Origin: a virus
Virus record (IMG/VR): IMGVR_UViG_3300029567_000036
Location: 1 to 35,279 of that record
Length of the DNA stretch: 35,279 nucleotides
Reading direction: 5' to 3' (one strand)
Of this stretch, positions 1 through 7,572 are shown one piece after another (the first letter of the stretch is position 1; each line of letters begins with the position of its first letter). A program made the position numbers and the translations under genes. The notes under the pieces are model-generated. The model did not search any database. It saw only the letters and a list, made by a program, of their open reading frames with translations, and was not told where the DNA came from.

Positions 1-99
1 TGGAGCGGCGAGACGGTAGAAATACCCAAGTCTTACCTGCACGGCCGCAGCCGGGACGACTTCTTTGTGCTCTCTGTTAAAGGTGACAGTATGTACCCC
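1..99. repeat. Terminal direct repeat, copy A (identical to 35181..35279)
   Basis: Read directly: tggagcggcgagacgg...aggtgacagtatgtacccc occurs at both ends and is in frame with the repressor gene. This is most simply an assembly overlap of a circular or circularly permuted genome. Confidence 0.95.
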
Positions 100-351
100 C
101 AGTATATGGACGGCGACAAGGTGCTGATCCTGAAGCAGAGCACCATGAACCGCTCCGGTGAGATTGGAGCCATCATCTATGACGGCGATATGGCTACATT
201 GAAGAAGATAGAATATGTGGACGGTGAGGACTGGGTGAAGCTTATTCCTATCAACCCTGAGTACACCCCTAAGACCATCCGAAACGAGGACCTGGAGCAA
301 TGCCATGTTCTTGGCATCCCCCGCCTGCTGGTCCGCGAGATTGAACAGTAA
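1..351 (+). CDS. C-terminal part of the LexA/CI-like repressor (S24 peptidase domain); continuation of 34878..35279
   Basis: Frame 1 is open from base 1. It contains GDSMYP (catalytic Ser) and ATLKKI (Lys). It continues the frame that ends at 35279 through the repeat. The track's GTG start at 67 is internal. Confidence 0.9.
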   Translation, partial: WSGETVEIPKSYLHGRSRDDFFVLSVKGDSMYPQYMDGDKVLILKQSTMNRSGEIGAIIYDGDMATLKKIEYVDGEDWVKLIPINPEYTPKTIRNEDLEQCHVLGIPRLLVREIEQ

Positions 352-380
352 GAAAAGCAGAATAAAACCGATATATTATT

Positions 381-409
381 TTGACATACCGCAATTCTGC
401 GATATGAAT
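381..409 (+). promoter_or_regulatory. Sigma70-like promoter candidate upstream of the bPH gene
   Basis: TTGACA at 381..386, followed 16-17 nt later by TATGAAT at 403..409, lying in the AT-rich gap after the repressor stop. Confidence 0.4.
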
Positions 410-438
410 ATATTTATTTTCAGAGGAGAAAACAGAAA

Positions 439-957
439 ATGAAAAAGTACCTTCAAAAGAGCATGACCCCCAATGAGCAAGTCACACTGGAAGCCAAATT
501 CCACTGGATCGTCTATCTGCTGCCCGCTGTCTTATTTGTCCTGTTTTTTATCATGGGAATCTCCAGCGGCAAAGAGAATTTTGCAGGTTTCCTCATTTTG
601 GGCATTGTGCTGGCAGTTGTGGCTATGATCCCGGCCTTTAAGTACACCATGTTCAGTGAGCTTGCCGTGACCAACAAGAAGATTTACGGCAAGACCGGGT
701 TTATTAAGACCAACGAAATGGGTTCCCCCATTAAGCAAATCCAGAATGTTGCTGTCTCCAGCGGCCTGTTTGGCAAAATCTTTGGCTATGGCACTGTGGA
801 GGTAACGACCACTTCCGGTGCATATACCTTTCGGTATGTATCCAAGGCTAATGACTTCAAAAACACTGTAATGGCACAGATCGAAAACAGCGAAGAGAAC
901 AAAATGGATATGCACGCACAAAAGATTGCCGACGCTATCCATAACACCCAGGGCTAA
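439..957 (+). CDS. Membrane protein with a bacterial PH domain (bPH_2 / YdbS-YdbT-like)
   Basis: RBS GAGGAG lies upstream of the ATG. Two N-terminal hydrophobic helices (WIVYLLPAVLFVLFFIMGI, FAGFLILGIVLAVVAMIPAF) are followed by a beta-rich segment (ELAVTNKKIYGKTGF...GYGTVEVTTTSG..YTFRYV) typical of bPH_2. Confidence 0.6.
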   Translation: MKKYLQKSMTPNEQVTLEAKFHWIVYLLPAVLFVLFFIMGISSGKENFAGFLILGIVLAVVAMIPAFKYTMFSELAVTNKKIYGKTGFIKTNEMGSPIKQIQNVAVSSGLFGKIFGYGTVEVTTTSGAYTFRYVSKANDFKNTVMAQIENSEENKMDMHAQKIADAIHNTQG

Positions 958-992
958 ATAGCCTACCGGGCGCCGGCACTTGCTGCAAACGA

Positions 993-1661
993 ATGGTACA
1001 ACCTATGGACAAACTCTACAAACGAATTGCAAAAATCGGCCGGCAGTATGGCGCGGCCAAGGTGGTGCTTTACGGCTCCCGGGCGCGTGGTGACAGCCGG
1101 CAGCGCAGCGATATTGACCTGGCGGTGTACGGTATAGACGACCGAGGACGGCAGGCGCAGCTTGCCCAGGCCATTGAAGACCTGCCTACCCTGCTGGACT
1201 TTGACCTGGTTTTTGTCAGCCGGGACACAGACCCCAAACTGTTACAGAACATAGAAAAGGACGGTGTATCCTTAATGAGCAAATATGAAGAAAAGCGGGA
1301 CAAATTCAAAGACGCAGTGCAGCGCCTGGAGGAGGCCATTGCCGACTATGACAAGCTACCCAATTCCACCATGCGTGACGGTGTGATCCAGCGCTTTGAA
1401 TTCTGCACCGAGCTGGCGTGGAAAACCTGCCGTGAGTATCTGCTGGAGCAGGGCTATACGGAAGTGAACAGCCCCAAGCCGGTTATGCGCCAGGCTTTTG
1501 CTGACGGCCTTGTGGATAACGACCTGGTGTGGGTGGAGATCCTGAATGCCCGCAACCTGACCACGCACCTGTACGATGACGCAGAGGCCACCAAGATCTT
1601 TGAGGACATCAAAGACAACTATCTTCATCAATTCCAGGCGTTGGCCGGGAAGTTAGAGTAA
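993..1661 (+). CDS. Fused minimal nucleotidyltransferase (MNT) and HEPN (HI0074-type NTase substrate-binding) protein
   Basis: The N-terminus has LYGSRARGDSRQRSDIDLAV (GS-x10-DxD NTase motif). The C-terminus has QRFEFCTELAWK and ARNLTTHLY, which is R187-x4-H192-x-Y194 (RX4HXY, DNA 1551..1574). No clear SD precedes ATG 993 or ATG 1005, so the start is uncertain. Confidence 0.7.
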   Translation: MVQPMDKLYKRIAKIGRQYGAAKVVLYGSRARGDSRQRSDIDLAVYGIDDRGRQAQLAQAIEDLPTLLDFDLVFVSRDTDPKLLQNIEKDGVSLMSKYEEKRDKFKDAVQRLEEAIADYDKLPNSTMRDGVIQRFEFCTELAWKTCREYLLEQGYTEVNSPKPVMRQAFADGLVDNDLVWVEILNARNLTTHLYDDAEATKIFEDIKDNYLHQFQALAGKLE

Positions 1662-1764
1662 ATCACAACAAAATAAAAAAAGCCCTACCCTGCGCCAACA
1701 GGATAGAGCCGATAAGCAGGATATGCAGTACATAACCCACCCAACATTGGATATTGTACCACAT

Positions 1765-1795
1765 CCCTGCCGATAAATCAAGCAGGGCATTTTTG
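1765..1795 (+). terminator. Rho-independent terminator candidate after the MNT-HEPN gene
   Basis: Stem ccctgc (1765..1770) pairs with gcaggg (1782..1787), followed by catttttg. Confidence 0.45.
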
Positions 1796-1831
1796 CGCCC
1801 TTTTTTAAGTACAATCTATGGGAGTGGTACA

Positions 1832-3265
1832 ATGAAATATGCAGCGGCATATATCCGCGTAAGTGACGACCGGCAAGACGAGTACAGCCCGGACAGCCAG
1901 CTTAAACTCATTCGTGAGTACGCCGGCAGAAACGGCTACTGCGTGCCGGATGAATATGTATTCTATGACGATGGTATCTCCGGGCGTAGCGTAAAAAAGC
2001 GCAAGGCGTTCAATGATATGATCGCCTTTGCAAAAAGCAAGGAGCACCCATTCCAGGCAATTCTTGTATGGAAATTCAGCCGGTTTGCTCGGAACCAAGA
2101 AGAAAGCATCGTATATAAGTCCATGCTGCGGCGCATCGGCGTGTCGGTGATCTCCATATCCGAGACCATAGACGACTCGCCCTTTGCCCCGCTGATTGAA
2201 CGCATTATAGAATTCATGGACGAGTATTACAGCACACGCCTATCCCAGGAAGTGACTCGGGGCATGACGGAAAAGGCAAGCCGTGGCGAAGCCATGAGCG
2301 CCGGTGCCTTTGGCTATGACCTCCAAAACAAGGTATTCACACCCAACGAGGACGCACCCACCGTGCGGTACATCTTTAATGCTTTTCTGTCCGGCAAAGG
2401 CTACCGCAAGATTGCTATGGAGCTGAACGCCATGGGCGTAAAAACCTACCGAGGCAACCCACCGGACAACCGCTTTGTGGAGTATATACTGATGAACCCG
2501 GTGTATGCAGGTAAAATCCGCTGGAGCACAGACGGCAGAGCCTCCAGAGACCGGTACAAAGGCGATAACAGCAAGGTTATGTATGTGGACGGCAAGCACC
2601 AGCCGATCATAGATCAAGACACATTCGATCAAGTACAGGAGAAGATCATGGAACAGAAAAGACGGTATGGCAAATGGCAGCGCAAGGAGCAGCCTGTCAC
2701 ATTCATGCTGAAAGGACTTTTGCGCTGCGACACCTGCGGTGCCACGCTGACCTATATTGCCGCCAGGGATCCCGCCGTTCAATGCCACAACTACGCCCGG
2801 GGCAAGTGCAAGGTGTCCCACTACCTATCCATACGAAAGGCCAACGCTGCGGTGATTGCTGCCATAGAAAAATCTCTGAAGACCCTGGAATTCAATGTGC
2901 TTCCAAAGGAGCAGCTGCAAAATGAAGTGGTAGACTACTCGCTACTCATTCGCAAGGAAGAAGAAAAGATCAAGCGGGCCAGTGATGCCTACGATGCCGG
3001 GTATGACACACTGGAGGAATACGGCCGCAAAAAGCGAGCATTTCAAAACAAGATTGAAGCGCTCAAAGCCGAGCAGGTCAAGGTCGAGAAGTCACAGAGC
3101 GGCGAAATTCCGCCCCAGTTCGTCCAGCAAGCCAGTTTTGTGCTCAATTTGATAAAGTCTCCGGATACAGCGGAAAGCGTCAAGAACGAAGCCCTGCGCT
3201 CCATTGTAGATCACATCACATTCAAAAAGCCGGACAACACACTGGAGATATTCTACTATATTTGA
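1832..3265 (+). CDS. Large serine recombinase (phage integrase)
   Basis: MKYAAAYIRVSDDRQ (catalytic Ser) with a resolvase-like N-terminus, a recombinase domain, a Cys-rich zinc ribbon (CDTCGATL...CHNYARGKC) and a C-terminal coiled coil. ATG 1832 has RBS GGAG at 1821; the track's start at 1754 is an upstream extension. Confidence 0.9.
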   Translation: MKYAAAYIRVSDDRQDEYSPDSQLKLIREYAGRNGYCVPDEYVFYDDGISGRSVKKRKAFNDMIAFAKSKEHPFQAILVWKFSRFARNQEESIVYKSMLRRIGVSVISISETIDDSPFAPLIERIIEFMDEYYSTRLSQEVTRGMTEKASRGEAMSAGAFGYDLQNKVFTPNEDAPTVRYIFNAFLSGKGYRKIAMELNAMGVKTYRGNPPDNRFVEYILMNPVYAGKIRWSTDGRASRDRYKGDNSKVMYVDGKHQPIIDQDTFDQVQEKIMEQKRRYGKWQRKEQPVTFMLKGLLRCDTCGATLTYIAARDPAVQCHNYARGKCKVSHYLSIRKANAAVIAAIEKSLKTLEFNVLPKEQLQNEVVDYSLLIRKEEEKIKRASDAYDAGYDTLEEYGRKKRAFQNKIEALKAEQVKVEKSQSGEIPPQFVQQASFVLNLIKSPDTAESVKNEALRSIVDHITFKKPDNTLEIFYYI

Positions 3266-3356
3266 TGGATTTTTAGCCGCATTTTCCGCCACGAATTGAA
3301 AAATAAGTGCGATTTTTGGCTTAACGCCGTCATTGATTGTCCATATTTTTACTCTG

Positions 3357-3396
3357 TATCTAAATGCAATACAGGCCTCTTTATTGCATTTAGATA
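3357..3396. promoter_or_regulatory. Perfect 15-bp inverted repeat with a 10-bp spacer; candidate attP core
   Basis: tatctaaatgcaata (3357..3371), spacer caggcctctt, then tattgcatttagata (3382..3396). It lies in the noncoding gap 3' of the integrase. No flanking U-tract, so it does not look like a classic terminator. Confidence 0.4.
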
Positions 3397-3410
3397 TAAT
3401 TAGTATAGAT

Positions 3411-3446
3411 AAAGGCCGAACAGTCTTGTAAACTGCCCGGCCTTTT
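3411..3446. terminator. Hairpin between the convergent integrase and 54-aa ORF (terminator-like; better U-tract on the plus strand)
   Basis: aaaggccg (3411..3418) pairs with cggccttt (3438..3445), followed by tctc. Confidence 0.45.
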
Positions 3447-3447
3447 C

Positions 3448-3612
3448 TCACATCAGCATTGTCGATATTGGAATTATGCGGATAATGTCACCATTTTGGG
3501 CTTTAATGCCAACAGAAAGTTGTTTGTAACGCAGTCCATCATCCACTAAAACAGCTTCGATGATCACATAGTCCGCAGTTTCAACCAAATCTTTGGTATC
3601 TTCCACAATCAT
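3448..3612 (-). CDS. Hypothetical 54-aa protein (below the ORF-track cutoff); moron
   Basis: Hand translation gives MIVEDTKDLVETADYVIIEAVLVDDGLRYKQLSVGIKAQNGDIIRIIPISTMLM. A perfect RBS AGGAGG lies 8 nt upstream of ATG 3612. The ORF has its own promoter and is flanked by hairpins. Confidence 0.6.
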   Translation of the reverse strand: MIVEDTKDLVETADYVIIEAVLVDDGLRYKQLSVGIKAQNGDIIRIIPISTMLM

Positions 3613-3635
3613 TTTTCATTCCTCCTTTGTTTTTC

Positions 3636-3665
3636 GTTATACTACAACGAGACAATGATTGTCAA
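3636..3665 (-). promoter_or_regulatory. Near-consensus sigma70 promoter for the 54-aa ORF
   Basis: On the minus strand, TTGACA (plus 3660..3665), an 18-nt spacer, then TATAAC (plus 3636..3641). The -35 overlaps the palindrome gacaat-g-attgtc (3651..3663). Confidence 0.5.
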
Positions 3666-3696
3666 TACCTTTCACTAATATTAAGTAAAAAAAGCA

Positions 3697-3732
3697 TATA
3701 TGAAAAAGCCCATCGGATAACCGGTGGGCTTT
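3697..3732 (-). terminator. Rho-independent terminator after the endolysin gene
   Basis: On the minus strand, aaagcccaccgg, loop ttat, ccgatgggcttt, followed by ttcatatatgcttttttt. Confidence 0.7.
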
Positions 3733-3737
3733 CTGTT

Positions 3738-4655
3738 TCACTTAATAAATTTATGATTGTCTGCGCATTCCCAGATACACAGCCAGCCGGAGGGGCAGCG
3801 TGCCCACAGGTTGCCGGTGGACAGCAAACGAATATCCGTCAGGGTAACGGCGGTACCTTTCTTCAGATATGCGTCTGCTTTAGGATTAGACGCGGTAGCG
3901 TGGGCCTTGCCGTTCTCCGTCAATTTTCCCACGGTTTTTCGCCCACTGGCAGCGCCTGCGCCCTTGTAGATTCCCCGCACAGCTGTCAAATGATATGTGC
4001 CGGGTTTTACGGTGGGTGCCGTGGGCGCAGACTTGCGGTAATGTATATCCTGTGTGGAATACGCCAGGCGCACATCGCGCTTTGGGGTAAACAACCACAG
4101 GGAAAGCACATCGCCTTTCAAGTCAGCCGGGCGAACATACACCTCTCTGCCGTTTTTCACCCGCGTGTATTTGCGGCGTGCGGCAGTCAAAGTGAACTTG
4201 CCGTCATACCAATACGGGTCCAAAATAATTAAATTGCCGTTTTTGTCGATGCCTGCGGCCAGCACATAGTGCCCGCTGTTGGAAAAGAGCATTTTGCCTC
4301 CGCCGCTTACATTGATAATCGCCTTATAGCCCTGTTTCAGATGTGCCACCAGCCGGTCCATATCTGTGGTGATGGCGTAGTCCAGACCGTATTTTTCTTT
4401 CATATACCGGGCCACCACGGCCATATCCGTGCCTTCCGCCGCCCGGGCACCCATACCCAAGCAGCGATGGGTCCACTGCCGGGTATTGAACACTCGAGTG
4501 GTGGAATTGCGCAGCGCCATTAAGGAAGCACACACCCCACAACCGCTGGTATAAACGCAGCCGGAGGTGCCGTACCGATAAGGGTGGGCCTTACTGGGGT
4601 ACGGTATGCCCTTGCAGGCAGTGGTCGTCTGCCGGCAATAATAAAGTGCAGACAT
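3738..4655 (-). CDS. Endolysin: papain-like (C39-like) cysteine peptidase with a C-terminal SH3b-like wall-binding domain
   Basis: SGCGVCASLMA (candidate catalytic Cys) and GHYVLAAG...ILDPY (His/Asp). The C-terminus GTYHLTAVRGIY...GNLWARCPSGWLCIW is SH3b-like. The gene sits directly after the holin with a TGATG overlap. Confidence 0.65.
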   Translation of the reverse strand: MSALYYCRQTTTACKGIPYPSKAHPYRYGTSGCVYTSGCGVCASLMALRNSTTRVFNTRQWTHRCLGMGARAAEGTDMAVVARYMKEKYGLDYAITTDMDRLVAHLKQGYKAIINVSGGGKMLFSNSGHYVLAAGIDKNGNLIILDPYWYDGKFTLTAARRKYTRVKNGREVYVRPADLKGDVLSLWLFTPKRDVRLAYSTQDIHYRKSAPTAPTVKPGTYHLTAVRGIYKGAGAASGRKTVGKLTENGKAHATASNPKADAYLKKGTAVTLTDIRLLSTGNLWARCPSGWLCIWECADNHKFIK

Positions 4656-4942
4656 CAGTCACCCTCCTGTTCCAGGGTCTCCGCCACGCTCTCGTCCTCT
4701 GTGGCGCCCTCTTGTTGCAACACCCGCAGCACCTCATCTGCCTGGCGGGCGCAGCAGGTAAAGCTGTTATTCTTCCACCAGGCAGCCATGGAAGCCGCTA
4801 CTGCCACCACCGTTGACACGGCGGTGTAGACTTCATCGTCAGAAAAGGGCAAGGGGTTCTTGCCAAAGGCATTGAGCAATACATTCAGCAGAGATACCGC
4901 CAACACGGCGGTTCTTGCGATGGTTCCTGCGGTTACTTTCAT
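4655..4942 (-). CDS. Holin
   Basis: 95 aa with two TM segments, the motif AWWKNNSFT common in Firmicutes phage holins, and an acidic C-terminal tail. RBS AGGAGG is present and the gene precedes the endolysin. Confidence 0.75.
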   Translation of the reverse strand: MKVTAGTIARTAVLAVSLLNVLLNAFGKNPLPFSDDEVYTAVSTVVAVAASMAAWWKNNSFTCCARQADEVLRVLQQEGATEDESVAETLEQEGD

Positions 4943-4945
4943 TTT

Positions 4946-5296
4946 TTAGTCCTCCTTCTGCTCCTCCGGGAGCGCAATAATCTCATTATAAAATCTGGTC
5001 ATCATACCATTGCCGCCCAGGGCATGATATGCGTCATACACCTTGACCATGGCTTCCTTGGCGTACAGGGGGCAGTAGCCCCGCTCGGTATGCTTGTCGT
5101 GCTGCCGTATGATCTCGGCACGCAAAATGGATTGCAGGCCATTTTCAATGGCAATATACCGGGCTGTGGTGACTTCGTCAATTGCTTTTTTGCTTTTCCT
5201 CCTTGCGATCAGGGAAGCGATCACAGCGGACACAGCGCTGCCTACCACCGTGGACACGGCAGCAGTTAGGGCGGCCGTAACGAATGCACTATACAT
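4946..5296 (-). CDS. Hypothetical N-terminally membrane-anchored protein, possibly lysis-associated
   Basis: Preferred start [19 protein letters not shown]... (ATG 5296) gives an ATGTATAG overlap with the upstream stop. One N-terminal TM segment. Confidence 0.5.
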   Translation of the reverse strand: MYSAFVTAALTAAVSTVVGSAVSAVIASLIARRKSKKAIDEVTTARYIAIENGLQSILRAEIIRQHDKHTERGYCPLYAKEAMVKVYDAYHALGGNGMMTRFYNEIIALPEEQKED

Positions 5297-5471
5297 CGGT
5301 CTCACCCCCTTGCAGGGCGTTAATCTCCGCACGGTACGCAGCCCGCTGCCGGCGGATCGGCGCATATTCATCTTCGGACAGCGCACCGTCCGTGTACTTC
5401 AGACAGAGGTAATCCGTCTCCGCCAGCTCGGACTTCAAAAACGCAATGCGGCTTTCTGTCTCCACATTCAT
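5289..5471 (-). CDS. Hypothetical 60-aa protein downstream of the tail fibre
   Basis: ORF in the late-gene orientation whose start overlaps the fibre stop (ATGA-type coupling). Confidence 0.5.
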   Translation of the reverse strand: MNVETESRIAFLKSELAETDYLCLKYTDGALSEDEYAPIRRQRAAYRAEINALQGGETDV

Positions 5472-7204
5472 TTTGCCACCCCCAATATTTCAACTTGCGT
5501 GCCTGCGCCAATTGTTCGTCCATTGGTTGGGAAACCTAACGACTTAATCGCACCGTGAGCCTCCACATCCTTGAATATGTTGAAATTAACCTTGTTGCTA
5601 AGCCATATACAGCCTTTTTCCATGACATCAGCTGGGTTGAAGCCACTTGACTTATCTGATTTGTTTTGCATTACACGCACCATGTCAGCAGTCAATTCAA
5701 CCTCTGCAACAACGAAGCTTCCCTTATCTTTTGCAACATCGAAACGAAACGCATTGGGTATGTAAGTCTCAGATGTGTACGAATTCAAATATACAGTTTG
5801 GTCTCCGGCACTACTATTGGTAGTAGTTCCAACGCTAACCATGCGCAACTTAATTTTTCTGCACGGCTTAGACAAAATCCAGTTTTGCTTGTCCGTTGTA
5901 TCGGCGTCAAATGTCTTGGAAAACACAGGCTCCCAGGTCTCAGCAGAACCGGTTTTATCCGCAGTCAGCAGGGTGACCGTCCCGCTGCCGTCTGTCGCTC
6001 TGCGTAAGACGGCCAGGCCAAAATCAGATTGTGTGACTGTGGCACACTCCACGCCATCTTCTTCAAAGAAAGACACCAGCGCCCCACTGCGCAGGACTAA
6101 GGCATGATCGCCGCTTTTGGCATCGTCAGCGTGCAATGTAATGGTGCCATGTGTGTCATAATCCACATTCAGCACATAGGGGCAGAACTCAGAGATGTTC
6201 CACCATTCGTGTAAGGTGACCGCATCGCCTGACGCTTGTGCCAGAGTGCCCACCCAGCTGGTAAGTTTGGCTTGCAACTCATCACTTAACAGGTTCTCTG
6301 TGACCGTTTTTAGAGCCAGCCGCATGCCGGTTATTGTACGCGGCTTAATATGCTTGCCCTCCACAGACAGGGACTCGATCTTATCGCCGGTAACGGCACC
6401 GTCCGCCAGCTTGTTCGTAGTCACAGAGCTATCCGGGATCTCCACCTTGGCGGCAATGTCGGTTTTGTCCGTGTCCGTCAGCACATAGTCCTTGCCATCA
6501 GCGCCTGCAGGACCAGGATCACCTTTTGGTCCTTGTTCGCCCTGGGGGCCTTGCTCACCTTGTGGGCCTTGCGGGCCCTCTGCGCCCGGCTCCCCTTGGG
6601 AACCCTGTGGGCCCACTGCACCATCTTTTCCCGGTTCGCCCTGCGGTCCTCGCTCTCCATCTTTACCAGGAGCGCCCTGGGGACCCGTGTCACCCTTTGG
6701 GCCTTTAATGTTCACCGGTTCCGGGTTGTCCTTCCCGCCGTCATTGGTCCAGCTGATCTCGCCCGCTGCGGACACGCTGGGCGTATAAGTGGTGCCATTC
6801 ACACCCTTACCAATATCCTTGAGCAGTGCCTGCACCTTGGCGTAATAAGACTCCAACTCCGTTGGATCCGGTGCGTCCGTCTCCACAGCTGCCGGGTCAT
6901 AAGAACCAGGGCGCACATAAAACACGCACGGCTCCGGGCTTATACGCTGCACCAACTGCTCGCCATCCACGGCATAGCCGTAAACGCCCAGGCGGCACAT
7001 TCCCTCTTGCAGCGGCGGGGCGAAGCATTGTCCATCCACCACAGTGGCAAACTGGCCGTTCATGCACACCCGCACGACCAGATCGGCGTATGCCGGGTCC
7101 AGCTCTACCACACAGCGAATCTGATTGACATTCTCAGCTGTCACCGGGTCTTTGTTTTGTAAGATCACCGCCTGCTGGGTGACCTTAATATTTAATGTCT
7201 GCAT
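5468..7204 (-). CDS. Tail fibre / baseplate-associated protein with a collagen-like region
   Basis: RBS AGGAGG. 24 uninterrupted G-X-Y triplets (aa 168..239). The C-terminal part is visibly more AT-rich. Confidence 0.75.
   Translation of the reverse strand: MQTLNIKVTQQAVILQNKDPVTAENVNQIRCVVELDPAYADLVVRVCMNGQFATVVDGQCFAPPLQEGMCRLGVYGYAVDGEQLVQRISPEPCVFYVRPGSYDPAAVETDAPDPTELESYYAKVQALLKDIGKGVNGTTYTPSVSAAGEISWTNDGGKDNPEPVNIKGPKGDTGPQGAPGKDGERGPQGEPGKDGAVGPQGSQGEPGAEGPQGPQGEQGPQGEQGPKGDPGPAGADGKDYVLTDTDKTDIAAKVEIPDSSVTTNKLADGAVTGDKIESLSVEGKHIKPRTITGMRLALKTVTENLLSDELQAKLTSWVGTLAQASGDAVTLHEWWNISEFCPYVLNVDYDTHGTITLHADDAKSGDHALVLRSGALVSFFEEDGVECATVTQSDFGLAVLRRATDGSGTVTLLTADKTGSAETWEPVFSKTFDADTTDKQNWILSKPCRKIKLRMVSVGTTTNSSAGDQTVYLNSYTSETYIPNAFRFDVAKDKGSFVVAEVELTADMVRVMQNKSDKSSGFNPADVMEKGCIWLSNKVNFNIFKDVEAHGAIKSLGFPTNGRTIGAGTQVEILGVAK
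6488..6703 (-). repeat. Collagen-like G-X-Y coding repeat (24 triplets)
   Basis: [72 protein letters not shown]. Confidence 0.9.
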
Positions 7205-7294
7205 AAAATCCTCCTTTTTGACATAAAAAAACAGCGTGTCTTAGCCGCCGTTTGCAGTTGACTGCAATTTGTATTTTACATGAGGCTCACCTCC

Positions 7295-7326
7295 AATAAA
7301 AAGGAGCAGGAATAGACACCTGCTCC
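7295..7326 (-). terminator. Rho-independent terminator ending the antirepressor operon
   Basis: On the minus strand, ggagcagg, loop tgtctatt, cctgctcc, followed by tttttatt. Confidence 0.7.
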
Positions 7327-7332
7327 AACTGA

Positions 7333-7566
7333 CTATTTTATTTTGCGTTCACGCACGGCTCGTGCGCCACTCAAAAAGCCCATTATGTAAACGCTCAAAA
7401 GCGATCGGCTGCATCTCCACTGCACATCTTCTGAACAATCGGAACGATATGCATCACGGTAACAAAGTCTCGCCCTTTCCAAAATGTCCACCGTTGCTAT
7501 ATCCGACAGGCGTATAGCCTCATCGATGTTGCAACGACAACTAAAATTCTCATGTGATTCCATCAT
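7333..7566 (-). CDS. Hypothetical 77-aa Cys-rich protein, coupled to the antirepressor
   Basis: RBS AGGAGG overlaps the ant stop codon (tgcataTAGGAGGccATGATG). Confidence 0.55.
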   Translation of the reverse strand: MMESHENFSCRCNIDEAIRLSDIATVDILERARLCYRDAYRSDCSEDVQWRCSRSLLSVYIMGFLSGARAVRERKIK

Positions 7567-7572
7567 GGCCTC

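Noticed and set aside
1753-1833. 10-bp perfect inverted repeat (attgtaccac / gtggtacaat) bracketing the terminator and the integrase start codon
   Set aside because: It could occlude the int RBS in read-through RNA. However, a 10-bp inverted repeat within 100 bp is expected a few times by chance in 35 kb, so it is not reported as a finding.
3627-4232. Plus-strand ORFs opposite the endolysin (201, 70, 71 and 84 aa)
   Set aside because: Shadow ORFs. The minus-strand endolysin has recognisable catalytic and SH3b motifs and is coupled to the holin.
6488-6703. Periodic short repeats that might suggest a CRISPR array or VNTR
   Set aside because: The period is 9 nt (G-X-Y codons) inside an intact ORF. 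There is no repeat-spacer structure. No CRISPR array is seen anywhere in the window.
6350-7162. Plus-strand ORFs (270, 98 and 100 aa), including Pro/Gly-rich products
   Set aside because: These are antisense readings of the collagen-like repeat and the fibre gene. The Pro/Gly periodicity is the mirror of the G-X-Y coding.
7252-7267. 16-bp near-palindrome ttgcagttgactgcaa upstream of the fibre gene
   Set aside because: Only 7-bp arms, which is within chance expectation for this genome size. Noted only as a possible element of the missing fibre/lysis promoter.
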